Of a stretch of 57,799 bases of DNA, positions 8,644-18,448 are shown one piece after another. How positions within the stretch are numbered: position 1 is the first letter of the stretch; each line of letters starts with the position of its first letter. The notes under the pieces are model-generated. The model was not told the DNA's origin. It searched no databases and saw only the letters and a list, made by a program, of their open reading frames with translations. The DNA comes from an uncultured virus (IMG/VR IMGVR_UViG_3300046170_000408). Its lineage: Duplodnaviria > Heunggongvirae > Uroviricota > Caudoviricetes. The translations under genes and the position numbers were made by a program. The stretch lies in IMG/VR virus record IMGVR_UViG_3300046170_000408; one strand, 5' to 3'.

Positions 8644-11023
8644 TTACCAAGCGTAGTCGAAACTATCAATCTTGTTTATTCTTTCTTTAATTTGCTTTGC
8701 ATAGTTCTTAGATTCTCTTTCGTAGTAAGATTCTTTTTCACCATATCTAGCCTCAGATTCTTCTGCCTGTCTAATGTAATCTACATACCTAGAATAGTCA
8801 TCTAAGATATTTGACATGTGTTGAGATGCATCTTTTGCTTTTACTTCTTTACCTTTTGGAGATTCACCAATTTTAATTTCTTGGTATCTAGTCTTCTCAC
8901 CTTTCTTTAAACCGTCTGAGATTTGTTTAGCCAGCTTGTCTATTGCATCTGATACCATTTTATCTAGTGGTAAACTTGCCGCTTTATCAGCTAAGATCTT
9001 GTGGTATCTATTTCTGTTAGCATCTCTAAAGTCTTTATCAGATTTGAATGCTGTTGCATCTGCTTTAGCTGCTTTTCTTGCATCTCTTAACTGTTGAGTA
9101 GAATACTTTTGTCTAATTAGTTCTAGGTTGATAACAATAACTCTATCAGACATCTCTGCAATTCTCTTACCGTTGTTAAGACCCGATGCGCCCCAACCTC
9201 TATATTTGTGGTTAATACCGATTTGGTCTACATCACCTTTTTTCTGTTTAGACCAGGATCTAGCACCTGCCCATCTTGACCACTCATTAGCATAGAATTG
9301 TCTGTCACCAGACATAGCTGCTAATACAATACCTCCACCTGGAACCATTTTATAGTCATTCCATGATCCGTTGTTATGGTCATAGTATGGATTTTCTTTC
9401 TCGTTATCTGAGATAAAGAAAAGTACGTGGCTTGAACCGCCGTAGTTTTTAAATATCTTTGATACATCGTTGCTAATAATAAAATCTTCATCTTCGATTT
9501 TATCAAGAGCTACTTTAGATAGGTTGTAAAAACCTTTAGCTAAATTAGAAAGATTTTTCTTAGCTTCTTTACCCTCTCTACCGTTTGATAGAACTGTTCT
9601 TAATATAGCTGATTTAATTGCTTCGTTAAGAAAGTTAGCTCCAACGAAGTCACTAAATGATTCGAATAAATTTATTTCACTTTTCATATTTGTATTTTCT
9701 TCTAGTTTTTTAGCAGCTAAATTTTTATCTCTTTTGGATACGTTATCTAGGTAAGAGCCGTCTCCCCAGAATTTAACAACTAATTCAGTTTGAGTAGTTG
9801 AATGCATGCCTGGTTTGTAGACTGCAATATCTCTTAGTTTTTTATTAGAAGCGATAGTTTTCTTCATGAAGTCTAGTGCTTGTTTCTCGTTTCTAAACTT
9901 TTTCATAGCACTTACACCGTCACTATAAATAACTTCATAGTTTTCAGTGATTGCAGATTCTTCAACATGTAGATTTACATATCTGCTACCTTTTTCTGAG
10001 TAAACCGTAGTAATTTTAAAATCACCTTTAATTGATTTACCAGTGTCTTGTTTGTAGTATTTAGCATAATAAGCTTTAAAGAATAAGTTTGGTTCTAGTT
10101 CTCCAAAGAAATGTGACATTTTACCTACATAAAATTCAGCTTTAGGATATACTTTTAAAACATCTTTTTCTGTTTCAGCATCTAAAACTGCTTTATCAAA
10201 ATCTTTTACGAATTTAGCTTCATTAACTACTGATTCATCAATACCTTTGTAAATTAAAGTGTCCCAATGAATATCTTCTACCTCATCTCTATAATCAGCA
10301 TATACGTCAACTTCCCAATTACCACCTTCTTGATCTACTCCCATGAAATAAAGATCTTTACCCTCATTACCGTGGTCATCAATCACATCATAAGTCGTCA
10401 AATTCTATTTCGTATTTCTTACCTTTATATTTAACAACAGCATTAGGCCAATCAGATTTTGTAACTTTGATCTTCTCATTAACTACTGACTCTTCGATAT
10501 ACTCTCCAAGTTCTGGATCGTCCCATCCAAGTTCTGGATCTGCTAATACTTTTTCAAGATCTTTTCTCTTACCCTGCATTGTGATAACTGGAGTACCACC
10601 ACCTGGACCGTCCATTACTTTATTGATAATCTTAACTCTATTCTTCTTTAAGAATTTTAAGAAATCTTTATTATCTGGATCTAAAGCGTCCATTTCTACC
10701 GTAGCCTCAAATACTTCAGCAGCTTTAGGAGTTTCATCTAGTTCAGCTAGAATTCTACGACCCCATTTTGAAAGCTTTACACCCTCTTCAGAAACATTAA
10801 AGTACTTTCTATTTCTAGAAGCCCATTGGCTTGAACTAGTAGATAATTCGGAAAGAATCTTGTTAAACTCTTCTCTTGTCACTACACCGTCTTTAATAGC
10901 TTGTAGGACTGCATTTCTTACATTAGCAGTTTTACCTACAGTTTGAGCAGGGTGGTTCTCTGTATATTTTCTTTTGATTTGCAATTTCTTGCCTTCCGAT
11001 AAAAAGTCTTCGAAGTTTATCAT
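8644..11023 (-). CDS. Probable capsid-internal multidomain protein (792 aa after removing one base near 10392)
   Basis: MINFEDFLSE N-terminus; repeated ESVVNE/ESAITE/FLNE linkers; ORFs 10388..11023 and 8644..10401 join as ...EIEFDD|YDVIDD... Confidence 0.7.
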
Positions 11024-11025
11024 GA

Positions 11026-11436
11026 TTATGCTTTAATTTTTGCTAGTTTACCCTGTGTTTCTTCATATTGAAAAGAGAACTTAGATTTTGCGTAAAGAGT
11101 TCCCATTGAGAATGAAAGTAAAACGCCATCTGGTTTTTTCATAGCAGTCTTATATGCTTCTGCGGCACTAGCCTCATCGTCAAAAATACCAATATGTTGC
11201 TTTCCATTTGGACCGCCCAAAGTATGACCTGCTTCTAATCTAATTCTCTGACCATAGAAGTCTACTTCATTATGAGCAAATACTAAATACTTTGTATCGC
11301 CTTTTTCTGGTAGGTTATCGCTAAACTCACCAAATGCTGTTCTACTATTATAGTAATAAGAACCGAATTGAATAGACTCGTTTGTTGGCTTATAGCCTTC
11401 TTCTCTAAAGCCTTCAAATGTTTTTATATTTTTCAT
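11026..11436 (-). CDS. Probable capsid-internal protein
   Basis: MKNIKTFEGFREE N-terminus; late-type motif GAATATATA at 11457-11465. Confidence 0.6.
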   Translation of the reverse strand: MKNIKTFEGFREEGYKPTNESIQFGSYYYNSRTAFGEFSDNLPEKGDTKYLVFAHNEVDFYGQRIRLEAGHTLGGPNGKQHIGIFDDEASAAEAYKTAMKKPDGVLLSFSMGTLYAKSKFSFQYEETQGKLAKIKA

Positions 11437-11455
11437 ATTAATATGCTATATTTGT

Positions 11456-13315
11456 TTATATATTCTTTAAAAAATCATCGAAGGTTAGGAATTCTGGTTG
11501 TGCAGATTCTGCAGCAACACCCATCGAGTCTTCTAATTTCATTTTTAGTTCTCCATACATGCCGTGGACACCTTTAGGAGTTAATTTTTTAAATAGTTTT
11601 TCGTTATCATCTAACATTGCATTTCTAACTTGAGTCGCTGAAATGTTTTTACCTGATCTTGGAATTTCAAATAGACCAAAATCATCTCTAACGTCTAGAT
11701 CATCTCTGTATTCTTGTTTATCTACTTGATAACCATATACCTTCATTCTATCAGTTCCAGTTCCCCAAAGTACTGGTTCATATTGAGGTCTTAGTTCATT
11801 AAACATTTTATCAATAGCTGCAGTTGGTAAGATCTTTACATCTTCAATTGGATATGAAGACTTTAATCTCTCTAACATTGCTAATTGTGTCTCTTCATCG
11901 TAAGGTCTCTTAAATGCATCTTCTGCCTTCTTAGTCTTAGACTTAATTAAGAAGATAACTACTGGATAACCGTTTTGTTTATGGATAGTTTCAATAACCT
12001 TTGCATGTCCTAATGTAAATGGCTGAAATCTACCAACAAACATATTAACTAATTTCTTACCTTGATCTTTATATTTTACAGTTAGACCCTCAGTAATTGG
12101 ACTAACTTGGCTAGAAATATTTTGATTTAATAAATATTGTTTAAAGTTCATAACGTCTGCTTCATTTGTTTTAGCCATTACTAAAGAATCAATCTTTTCA
12201 ATAATTTGATTCATTTGATTCATTAAATCTTTATTAATAATATCAGTCTCTTTTGTTCTTTTCTTTCTAAAAGAACCTAGTGTAATTTTAAATAGTTCAG
12301 ATAAAATCTTATCTTGTACTAAAGTTAAAGTCTTTTCGTTTTGAATAAATTTATGGTTTAGTTCAAACATTGGAGACTCAGAAAAATCTGCTGAATCAAA
12401 TTTAGCTCCAATATATTTTGTAGCATTCTTTTCAATATAATTATTAAAGACCGTCGATAATAATTCTAAATATCTTCTATCTGTAGTCTCTGATTCTAAT
12501 TGAACTTCACTAAAATCATAGTTAATTAAATGTTCAACAAGATCTAATATTGTTATTTGATACATGTCAGAAGGCTTTCTATCTTCTTTAGGTGGTTTAT
12601 TAAACTTTTCTAATTTAAAAGGTTTTAATTCCTTTCCATCATGAAAATTAATAACAAATCCAGCGACATCTTTAGATAAATCATTCATAAGAGCTGATTG
12701 CTTCTTATTTTCATTAAAGATGCCATATACTACTCTAGTAAAAGATGGTTTATCTTTATCTTCAAATGTTTGTTCAAACTCATTAATTGACATGGATAAT
12801 AATCTTTTTAGACTATCTTTCTGTCCTGAATCTAAAAGACCTTCAAATAAAACTGGAGGCGCAGCAACACCTAATTTATTCGCCCATTTTTCTAAGACTT
12901 TAGTATCTCTGATTACCTTTCTAATCTTAGTAGGATTAGAAGGTTGCATTACTTGTATATGTGTTAGGATTAAATTTGATTTTGGTAATAGGTCATATTC
13001 TACATCAATAGTTTTATTATCCACTAAATAATCAAAACCAAATTTCCAATCAAATGGCATATCTTTTACATTTTCTTCAGAAACAGATTTAAAATGTCTA
13101 ATAGCGTTTTCGTAATATCTTACAATAGTACGATCTACAAGATTCATCTCTTGCTTAGACCCTGACTTATAGTATAAAAAATTTGAACCATCTCTCTTTA
13201 CATGAAATGATGATGCATCTATTTTCTCTACAATAATACATTTATTATTTAACAATGAGTCAACGTCTACTGTATTAGCTCCTTCGAAATATGTTTTTAA
13301 ATTCTGTAATGCCAT
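11456..13315 (-). CDS. Ligase-fold N-terminal domain fused to a HIGH-family nucleotidyltransferase (cytidyltransferase/NMNAT-like)
   Basis: N-terminal 'VEKIDASS...AGFVI...FKL' (ligase motifs I/IV/V-like); C-terminal 'GRFQPFTLGH', 'GTDR' and 'ISATQVR'. Confidence 0.75.
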   Translation of the reverse strand: MALQNLKTYFEGANTVDVDSLLNNKCIIVEKIDASSFHVKRDGSNFLYYKSGSKQEMNLVDRTIVRYYENAIRHFKSVSEENVKDMPFDWKFGFDYLVDNKTIDVEYDLLPKSNLILTHIQVMQPSNPTKIRKVIRDTKVLEKWANKLGVAAPPVLFEGLLDSGQKDSLKRLLSMSINEFEQTFEDKDKPSFTRVVYGIFNENKKQSALMNDLSKDVAGFVINFHDGKELKPFKLEKFNKPPKEDRKPSDMYQITILDLVEHLINYDFSEVQLESETTDRRYLELLSTVFNNYIEKNATKYIGAKFDSADFSESPMFELNHKFIQNEKTLTLVQDKILSELFKITLGSFRKKRTKETDIINKDLMNQMNQIIEKIDSLVMAKTNEADVMNFKQYLLNQNISSQVSPITEGLTVKYKDQGKKLVNMFVGRFQPFTLGHAKVIETIHKQNGYPVVIFLIKSKTKKAEDAFKRPYDEETQLAMLERLKSSYPIEDVKILPTAAIDKMFNELRPQYEPVLWGTGTDRMKVYGYQVDKQEYRDDLDVRDDFGLFEIPRSGKNISATQVRNAMLDDNEKLFKKLTPKGVHGMYGELKMKLEDSMGVAAESAQPEFLTFDDFLKNI

Positions 13316-13323
13316 AATAGTTT

Positions 13324-14601
13324 TTATCTACCGTATTTAATAATACCCATTAGCTGGTTAATAGCGGCAAAAGTACCAGTTAACTTGAATGTTTTACCTT
13401 TATACCTAAAGACTATTCCTTCTGTTGGCATGATTGATTCGACACCACCAATACCTTCTAGTCTCTTTAATTCTTTTTCTACTTTCTCTATTTGTTTTAA
13501 GTCGCCGTTCTTTTTAATCTTTCCGGCCTCTGTTCTAATTTGATTCTGTAATCTAGCCTTCTCTTCATCCGGACTAGCCGCGACAAAATTAGAAGCATTC
13601 TTTAAAACATCTGAACCTAATTCTAAAAATAAGTTCTCAAAGGGTAGAATGTTTTCTTTATACTTTATGTTTCTTTGACCATCAAAATCCTTAACAGCTT
13701 TTGCCTGTTCTGGAGTAACTGCTTTCTTTAAGTCTCTCATATTTAGAGTTTGTTTATCTAAATATGCCCATCTTAATAAGAGTCCCTCTTTTATTGCTGG
13801 ATCTAAGTCTGCAAAGTTCTCTTCGATTTGGTTTCTCCACCAAGCCTCATGATACATTTTAACTTCATCTTGGTCTGATAAACTATAAGTATCTCTTAGT
13901 TTATTTATCTTCTTTTCGTAATAGCCGACTCTCTCATCGAAGTTTATATCTTTAGCTAGTTTTAAAATCTGAGGGGGAATTATAGTATAGTTCTTTTGTA
14001 CGTTAGCCTTTACCTTCTCGATAGCTTTAAATATTTCTGTACCTACAGACTGATCGTCTCCTATTATATTACCATTACCATCTGTATAAGTTAGATTATG
14101 GAATTGTAACAGATTACCTTTATCGTAGTTTATTACATTAGGGTTCTTAATATTGATAACCTCCATGTTGATAAAGTTCTTGCCACCATCAAATACTGAT
14201 TGGTCTTTGACTTTCGGAAGTGCCTTTGCTAAATCTTTAGCTGCAGTAACATAGGTCTCTCTAACTAGAGGTACTTGGTGGTCTGCAAACATTTTAATGA
14301 GCCCGTTTAGATCTAGGGGTGCAATAAGTTGTCCCTTGTTTCTTGAGAAGATAGCTTTACCATCCCTTACAGATGCAAATAGATTCTGACCATCTGTCTT
14401 TTCAGCAGGTTGCTGTTCAAAATCTAAACCACCCTGTAGCGCAGATCTTACAATAGTTTTAAAATCAGCAAAGGTTAATGAGTTGTCATCGAATGGGTGT
14501 TTCATGTGGCCAGCGGCCCCACCTTCAAATACGAAATTGTCCAAGTTATTGACCTGGACTTTCTCGCTTAAGAATTCTTTAAATGTATATAGTTTCTTCA
14601 T
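13324..14601 (-). CDS. Ligase-superfamily (RNA-ligase-like) nucleotidyltransferase with capsid-targeting N-terminus
   Basis: 'AEKTDGQN' (KxDG), 'EGIVF' (motif IV), 'FKLTG' (motif V); N-terminus MKKLYTFKEFLSE; 'E-GGAAGHMKHPFD'. Confidence 0.65.
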   Translation of the reverse strand: MKKLYTFKEFLSEKVQVNNLDNFVFEGGAAGHMKHPFDDNSLTFADFKTIVRSALQGGLDFEQQPAEKTDGQNLFASVRDGKAIFSRNKGQLIAPLDLNGLIKMFADHQVPLVRETYVTAAKDLAKALPKVKDQSVFDGGKNFINMEVINIKNPNVINYDKGNLLQFHNLTYTDGNGNIIGDDQSVGTEIFKAIEKVKANVQKNYTIIPPQILKLAKDINFDERVGYYEKKINKLRDTYSLSDQDEVKMYHEAWWRNQIEENFADLDPAIKEGLLLRWAYLDKQTLNMRDLKKAVTPEQAKAVKDFDGQRNIKYKENILPFENLFLELGSDVLKNASNFVAASPDEEKARLQNQIRTEAGKIKKNGDLKQIEKVEKELKRLEGIGGVESIMPTEGIVFRYKGKTFKLTGTFAAINQLMGIIKYGR

Positions 14602-14620
14602 AAGAAGTTTTAGATTGTTT

Positions 14621-16270
14621 TTATCCTAACGATGATTGTAATGCACCAACTGCTGCACCATAGTCACCGTCGTGTTTAGTTAATAAACCGTCTACAACTT
14701 CTTGAGCTTTTTCTTCATCGAATTCGTCACCGAATGCTTGTTGTAAAACTGAGAATGCATACTCTTTAAAATCTTCATCAGACTTTACTTCTGCTTCGTT
14801 AGTTGTTTCTTCTTCAACAAATTCTTCTGCGTTCTCCTTGTCATCAGCATCAACTGCTTCTACGTCAAATTCTTCATCGCCAACTTTAAAAGTCTTTTCG
14901 CCTTTTGCAATCGCTTCAGCTCTTGCAGCTCCGAATGCGTTTCCTTCTTCAACCTCTTCAGTTTCTTCAACAAATTCTTCTGCGTTTTCTTTATCATCAG
15001 CGTCAACTGATTCTACATCATATTCTTCATCGCCAACTTTAAAAGTCTTTTCGCCTTTTGCAATTGCCTCTGCTCTTGCAGCTCCAAATGCATTTCCTTC
15101 TTCAACTTCTTCGTTTGATTCTTTAATTACTGGAAATTTCTTACCGTTAAACTCAAAGTCTTCAGCATCTTCTTCAATAGCTTTAGCTCTTGCAGCTAAG
15201 AACGCATTACCTTCATTCATCACAGACTCGTTAGCCCAGATTAATTCAAATGCATCTACTATTTTTTGTGCTGGTTGAGAGTAACCAAATCCATCTAAGA
15301 ATAATGCCATACCTTCAACGATACCGATACCTGACCATCCAGCTGCATTAGCTAGACCAGAGTAATGTTCGTCTAATAGGTTAATAATTGTTTTCTTACC
15401 AACAGGAATTGCCATGCCACCTAAATTATCGATGTCTACCATGATAGTAATAATCTTACCACCAAGTGCTTTACTTACCGGATCTCTATATGAGTGGAAG
15501 TTAGCGTCTGTTAGGGCTTCAGCTAATAAGTATCTACAAGCACCTAAAAAGCTATCAGAGTTTGCAATTGCAGAATGCTTCATGAAGAATGTGTTCAAAA
15601 ACTTCGAAACTTTCTTAGCGTCTCTTGCATTACCTTTACTTGGTTTAAATGCTTCATTAATAATTAGTGACTCAAATGCTGGAATTAATTCTTTATCTCC
15701 ATATACATCTGCCATATACCATTTGCCATCTCTTTCATCAAATAGGTAAACGAATTCTGCTCCTGCTCTATCGCTAGCATCAGAAATATAATCGTCGATT
15801 TTCTTAGCGTCACCTTTTAGAGTTGTTTTATCTCCGTAGAAATTAATCTTACTTGGATCTGCTTCCAAACCTGAGCCACCCCCTTTCTTAAGTAAAAACT
15901 TAACTGTTCCGGAGTTCATGTAACCCTTCTTAATTGTAGGTAACATGTGGTCTGGATAACCATCGTAGTGCATATACACTGACTCTATTTTTCCTCTTTT
16001 AGAAATAATACCAACTTGTGATCTGGTACCTTCTTCAATGATAGCTAAAGACTCAGATACTTCAGAAGCACCTAGCTTAGCAAAAAATTTGTTTCTGTCT
16101 TCTTCGTTTAAATCTTTTACAGATGTAACGCCGAACTCAGATAATAATGTTTCGAATTGATAAGCTGACTCTGTACGAGCTGCTTTTTGTTCCTCTTGAA
16201 GCTTTAAGTCTGCAGCAGCTTTTGATGCTGTAGCAAAATCTTCAAAAGATTGTAGTTTTAATGAACCCAT
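14621..16270 (-). CDS. Acidic, probably capsid-internal multidomain protein with internal repeats
   Basis: 'LQSFEDF' N-terminus, embedded 'GTRS...VYMHYDGYP' domain, three 'EGNAF.AAR' modules; late motif at 16309. Confidence 0.7.
   Translation of the reverse strand: MGSLKLQSFEDFATASKAAADLKLQEEQKAARTESAYQFETLLSEFGVTSVKDLNEEDRNKFFAKLGASEVSESLAIIEEGTRSQVGIISKRGKIESVYMHYDGYPDHMLPTIKKGYMNSGTVKFLLKKGGGSGLEADPSKINFYGDKTTLKGDAKKIDDYISDASDRAGAEFVYLFDERDGKWYMADVYGDKELIPAFESLIINEAFKPSKGNARDAKKVSKFLNTFFMKHSAIANSDSFLGACRYLLAEALTDANFHSYRDPVSKALGGKIITIMVDIDNLGGMAIPVGKKTIINLLDEHYSGLANAAGWSGIGIVEGMALFLDGFGYSQPAQKIVDAFELIWANESVMNEGNAFLAARAKAIEEDAEDFEFNGKKFPVIKESNEEVEEGNAFGAARAEAIAKGEKTFKVGDEEYDVESVDADDKENAEEFVEETEEVEEGNAFGAARAEAIAKGEKTFKVGDEEFDVEAVDADDKENAEEFVEEETTNEAEVKSDEDFKEYAFSVLQQAFGDEFDEEKAQEVVDGLLTKHDGDYGAAVGALQSSLG
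14805..15112 (-). repeat. 153-bp (51-aa) tandem duplication inside the CDS
   Basis: caactttaaaagtcttttcg occurs at 14881 and 15034; protein unit GNAFGAARAEAIAKGEKTFKVGDEE...EEFVEE. Confidence 0.9.
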
Positions 16271-16307
16271 TTTTATTAAATTTATTTTTTAATACTTTAC
16301 TATTGTA

Positions 16308-17816
16308 TTATATATCACCGTCAAAAGTAACATTTTTTATCTCAAACGGGAACTTCTGTTCCTTATAGATCTTTTGACGCGCTTTGGAATGTCTAATAAG
16401 ATAGTTATCCCAGTCTGGTGATGATAAGTCATCTACAAAATCAATAATATTTACCTCTGATTTTGTATGGTGTTTTCTTAGCCCTCTACCGATTGATTGT
16501 CTAATTATGACTTCCGATTTAAACGATTCGGTAAAGAAGATATTATGTATTTTCTTAATCGAGATCCCTGTTGAGAACGTACCATAAGAGGCAACAATGA
16601 CAACCTGCGCACCTGCTTCCATCTTCTTCTTGTATTCTTCACGGATGTCCTTGTCGGTATTACCGTCCACATAATAGATGGGTTTGTCACTATCTTGGCG
16701 CAGTTTCTCATAAATTCTTTTACCGTGTTCGATTCGGTGGAAAAGAACAAGGCTATTCCCACGTACTCTGGAAATAATGTTGCAAATGAAAGCCAAACGC
16801 CCTGTTGAATTGATGACATAATTACTTTCAAATCTGAAAACGTCTTTACTTTCATATCTGTTTTGAGACATCTCATAAAAAGCATTCTTTGTGCTCTGAG
16901 GTGCATAATCCATTTTTATTACTTTCACATTACAACCTGCAATGTGACCTTCATCTTGAAGGAATGCCGCATTGACCTCTGTAATTACAGGGCCTGTATG
17001 TGCCATTAGGGTTAATCTATCTAACGTCTTTGCTTTTGGAATTGTCCCCGAGAGTCCAAATCGATAGTTTGCAGCAGTACATTTTTGTAGAATTGTTTTA
17101 ATAGAGGTAGACTTAGCCTTGTGAGTCTCATCGATAATTACAGCGTCAAACTGTTCAAAATATTCTTTATCTTTCTTAACAAGAGATTGATACGTACCAA
17201 TTACCATGTTTCTACCTGGTCTAATCTTTTGACCAGAATAGATCTGTTGTACCTTAATATTCGTTGCATTACGCCAGTTATAGTCCATAAAGTCCTCAGA
17301 GGCCTGTACAACTAACGAAACGTTTGGGACAATAAGTAATATCCTTCCAGCCTTGCCCTTCTCTAACATATACGCAATAGCCATATACGTTATCAAGGTT
17401 TTACCAGCTGATGTTGCTAATTCACTTAGACATCTTCTAAATTTTAGGATATTATATGCTGCCTCGATTTGATAATCTCTTGGGTCTAATTCATGGCCAT
17501 CAAAATAGTCTTCTGCCCACTTTGTAAACTCTTCTTGTTTTACCGAAGGATCGAATAGTGAAGTAACACCATTCATCTTTAACTCGAACTTGTATTGTTT
17601 ACACAGATCCATCACCTCTTTCCAAAGTCCAGATGGAATCCACTTATCATCCTTAATATAGGAGATATAGCCATCCCATAACCCTTTCTTCACAAGAGGG
17701 TGAAAGCGCCAGTTTTCAATTCTACGATTAAATGTAATATTGAGTTGTTCTATTTCTAGTTCACTCGCCTCATCAATACGCAGAAACTGCTTATTATCTG
17801 TTAAACTCAGTTCCAT
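16308..17816 (-). CDS. uvsW: UvsW-like SF2 DNA helicase
   Basis: Q-motif 'RDYQ', Walker A 'ATSAGKT', 'DETH', 'GLSGT', 'STGISI', 'QSIGRGLR'. Confidence 0.92.
   Translation of the reverse strand: MELSLTDNKQFLRIDEASELEIEQLNITFNRRIENWRFHPLVKKGLWDGYISYIKDDKWIPSGLWKEVMDLCKQYKFELKMNGVTSLFDPSVKQEEFTKWAEDYFDGHELDPRDYQIEAAYNILKFRRCLSELATSAGKTLITYMAIAYMLEKGKAGRILLIVPNVSLVVQASEDFMDYNWRNATNIKVQQIYSGQKIRPGRNMVIGTYQSLVKKDKEYFEQFDAVIIDETHKAKSTSIKTILQKCTAANYRFGLSGTIPKAKTLDRLTLMAHTGPVITEVNAAFLQDEGHIAGCNVKVIKMDYAPQSTKNAFYEMSQNRYESKDVFRFESNYVINSTGRLAFICNIISRVRGNSLVLFHRIEHGKRIYEKLRQDSDKPIYYVDGNTDKDIREEYKKKMEAGAQVVIVASYGTFSTGISIKKIHNIFFTESFKSEVIIRQSIGRGLRKHHTKSEVNIIDFVDDLSSPDWDNYLIRHSKARQKIYKEQKFPFEIKNVTFDGDI
16309..16316 (-). 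promoter_or_regulatory. Putative late promoter GATATATA
   Basis: Octamer recurs shortly upstream of structural and late genes. Confidence 0.6.
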
Positions 17817-17817
17817 T

Positions 17818-18241
17818 TTATAGTCCGTTTAGAGACAATCTATTTCTTATTGCAAAGCCCATATTGTCCAGGGTCTTCACTGAGTCTCTAAAGAATTCTA
17901 GTTGATTTTCAAGATGAGATAATACCATGTTCTCATCTGCTAGGTCATTCTCTAGAAACTTCTCTTTCTGTTTCTCGCCTAGTTTATAGTCGTAATTATA
18001 GTAGCGGATATACGCCTCTCTGTATCTAGCAGAGACCGCAATCTTCTGTTCTCTTATCTTTACGTTTAGATATGCAATCTGATCTACGCAGGTCTGTCTT
18101 GATGATAACACATTGGCTATCACCTTCTTCCATTCCATCTACTTTCTTTAGTCCCCTTGCAAGACCTCTAATAGTATCAGACCACTGTTGTCTTTGAGCA
18201 CTCAACTTTTGGTCCAGTGCCTGAATCTTTTCTTTACTCAT
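17818..18241 (-). CDS. uvsY: UvsY-like recombination mediator (140 aa after removing one base near 18123)
   Basis: Helical protein ending 'FFRDSVKTLDNMGFAIRNR'; next to uvsW; two ORFs join as ...VDGMEE|VIANVLSSR... Confidence 0.7.
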
Positions 18242-18251
18242 ATTAGTTATA

Positions 18252-18443
18252 TTAGAACAATGACTTTTTGTTTGGATTTGACCTTACAAACTTAGAGGCT
18301 TTTTGGCCCTTCTTAAGTTTAGGTTTTTCCACAACAAAGTCTTTGCTCTCCACGTTAAACTCTTCAGCATCAAAACCCACAATGAGTTTATTGCCCTTAA
18401 ATCTCTGGGAGTCCTTAAAAAAGTCTTCTAATTTATCTTCCAT
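18252..18443 (-). CDS. Small hypothetical protein (MEDKLEDFFKDS...KKSLF)
   Basis: Likely start is ATG at 18443, just after the primase stop, rather than 18530. Confidence 0.65.
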   Translation of the reverse strand: MEDKLEDFFKDSQRFKGNKLIVGFDAEEFNVESKDFVVEKPKLKKGQKASKFVRSNPNKKSLF

Positions 18444-18448
18444 TTCTT

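Noticed and set aside
6900..10394. RF2-style programmed frameshift at 'C TTA TGA', shared by two junctions
   Set aside because: The other eight junctions lack it, several shift far upstream of any stop, and no internal SD precedes these two sites.
14838..15749. Plus-strand ORFs in the track (e.g. 1444, 10467, 12720, 14838, 15414, 19517, 26953, 35672, 42853, 47142, 51337)
   Set aside because: Antisense shadows of well-supported minus-strand genes, with Ser/Leu/Phe-rich composition and no expression signals.
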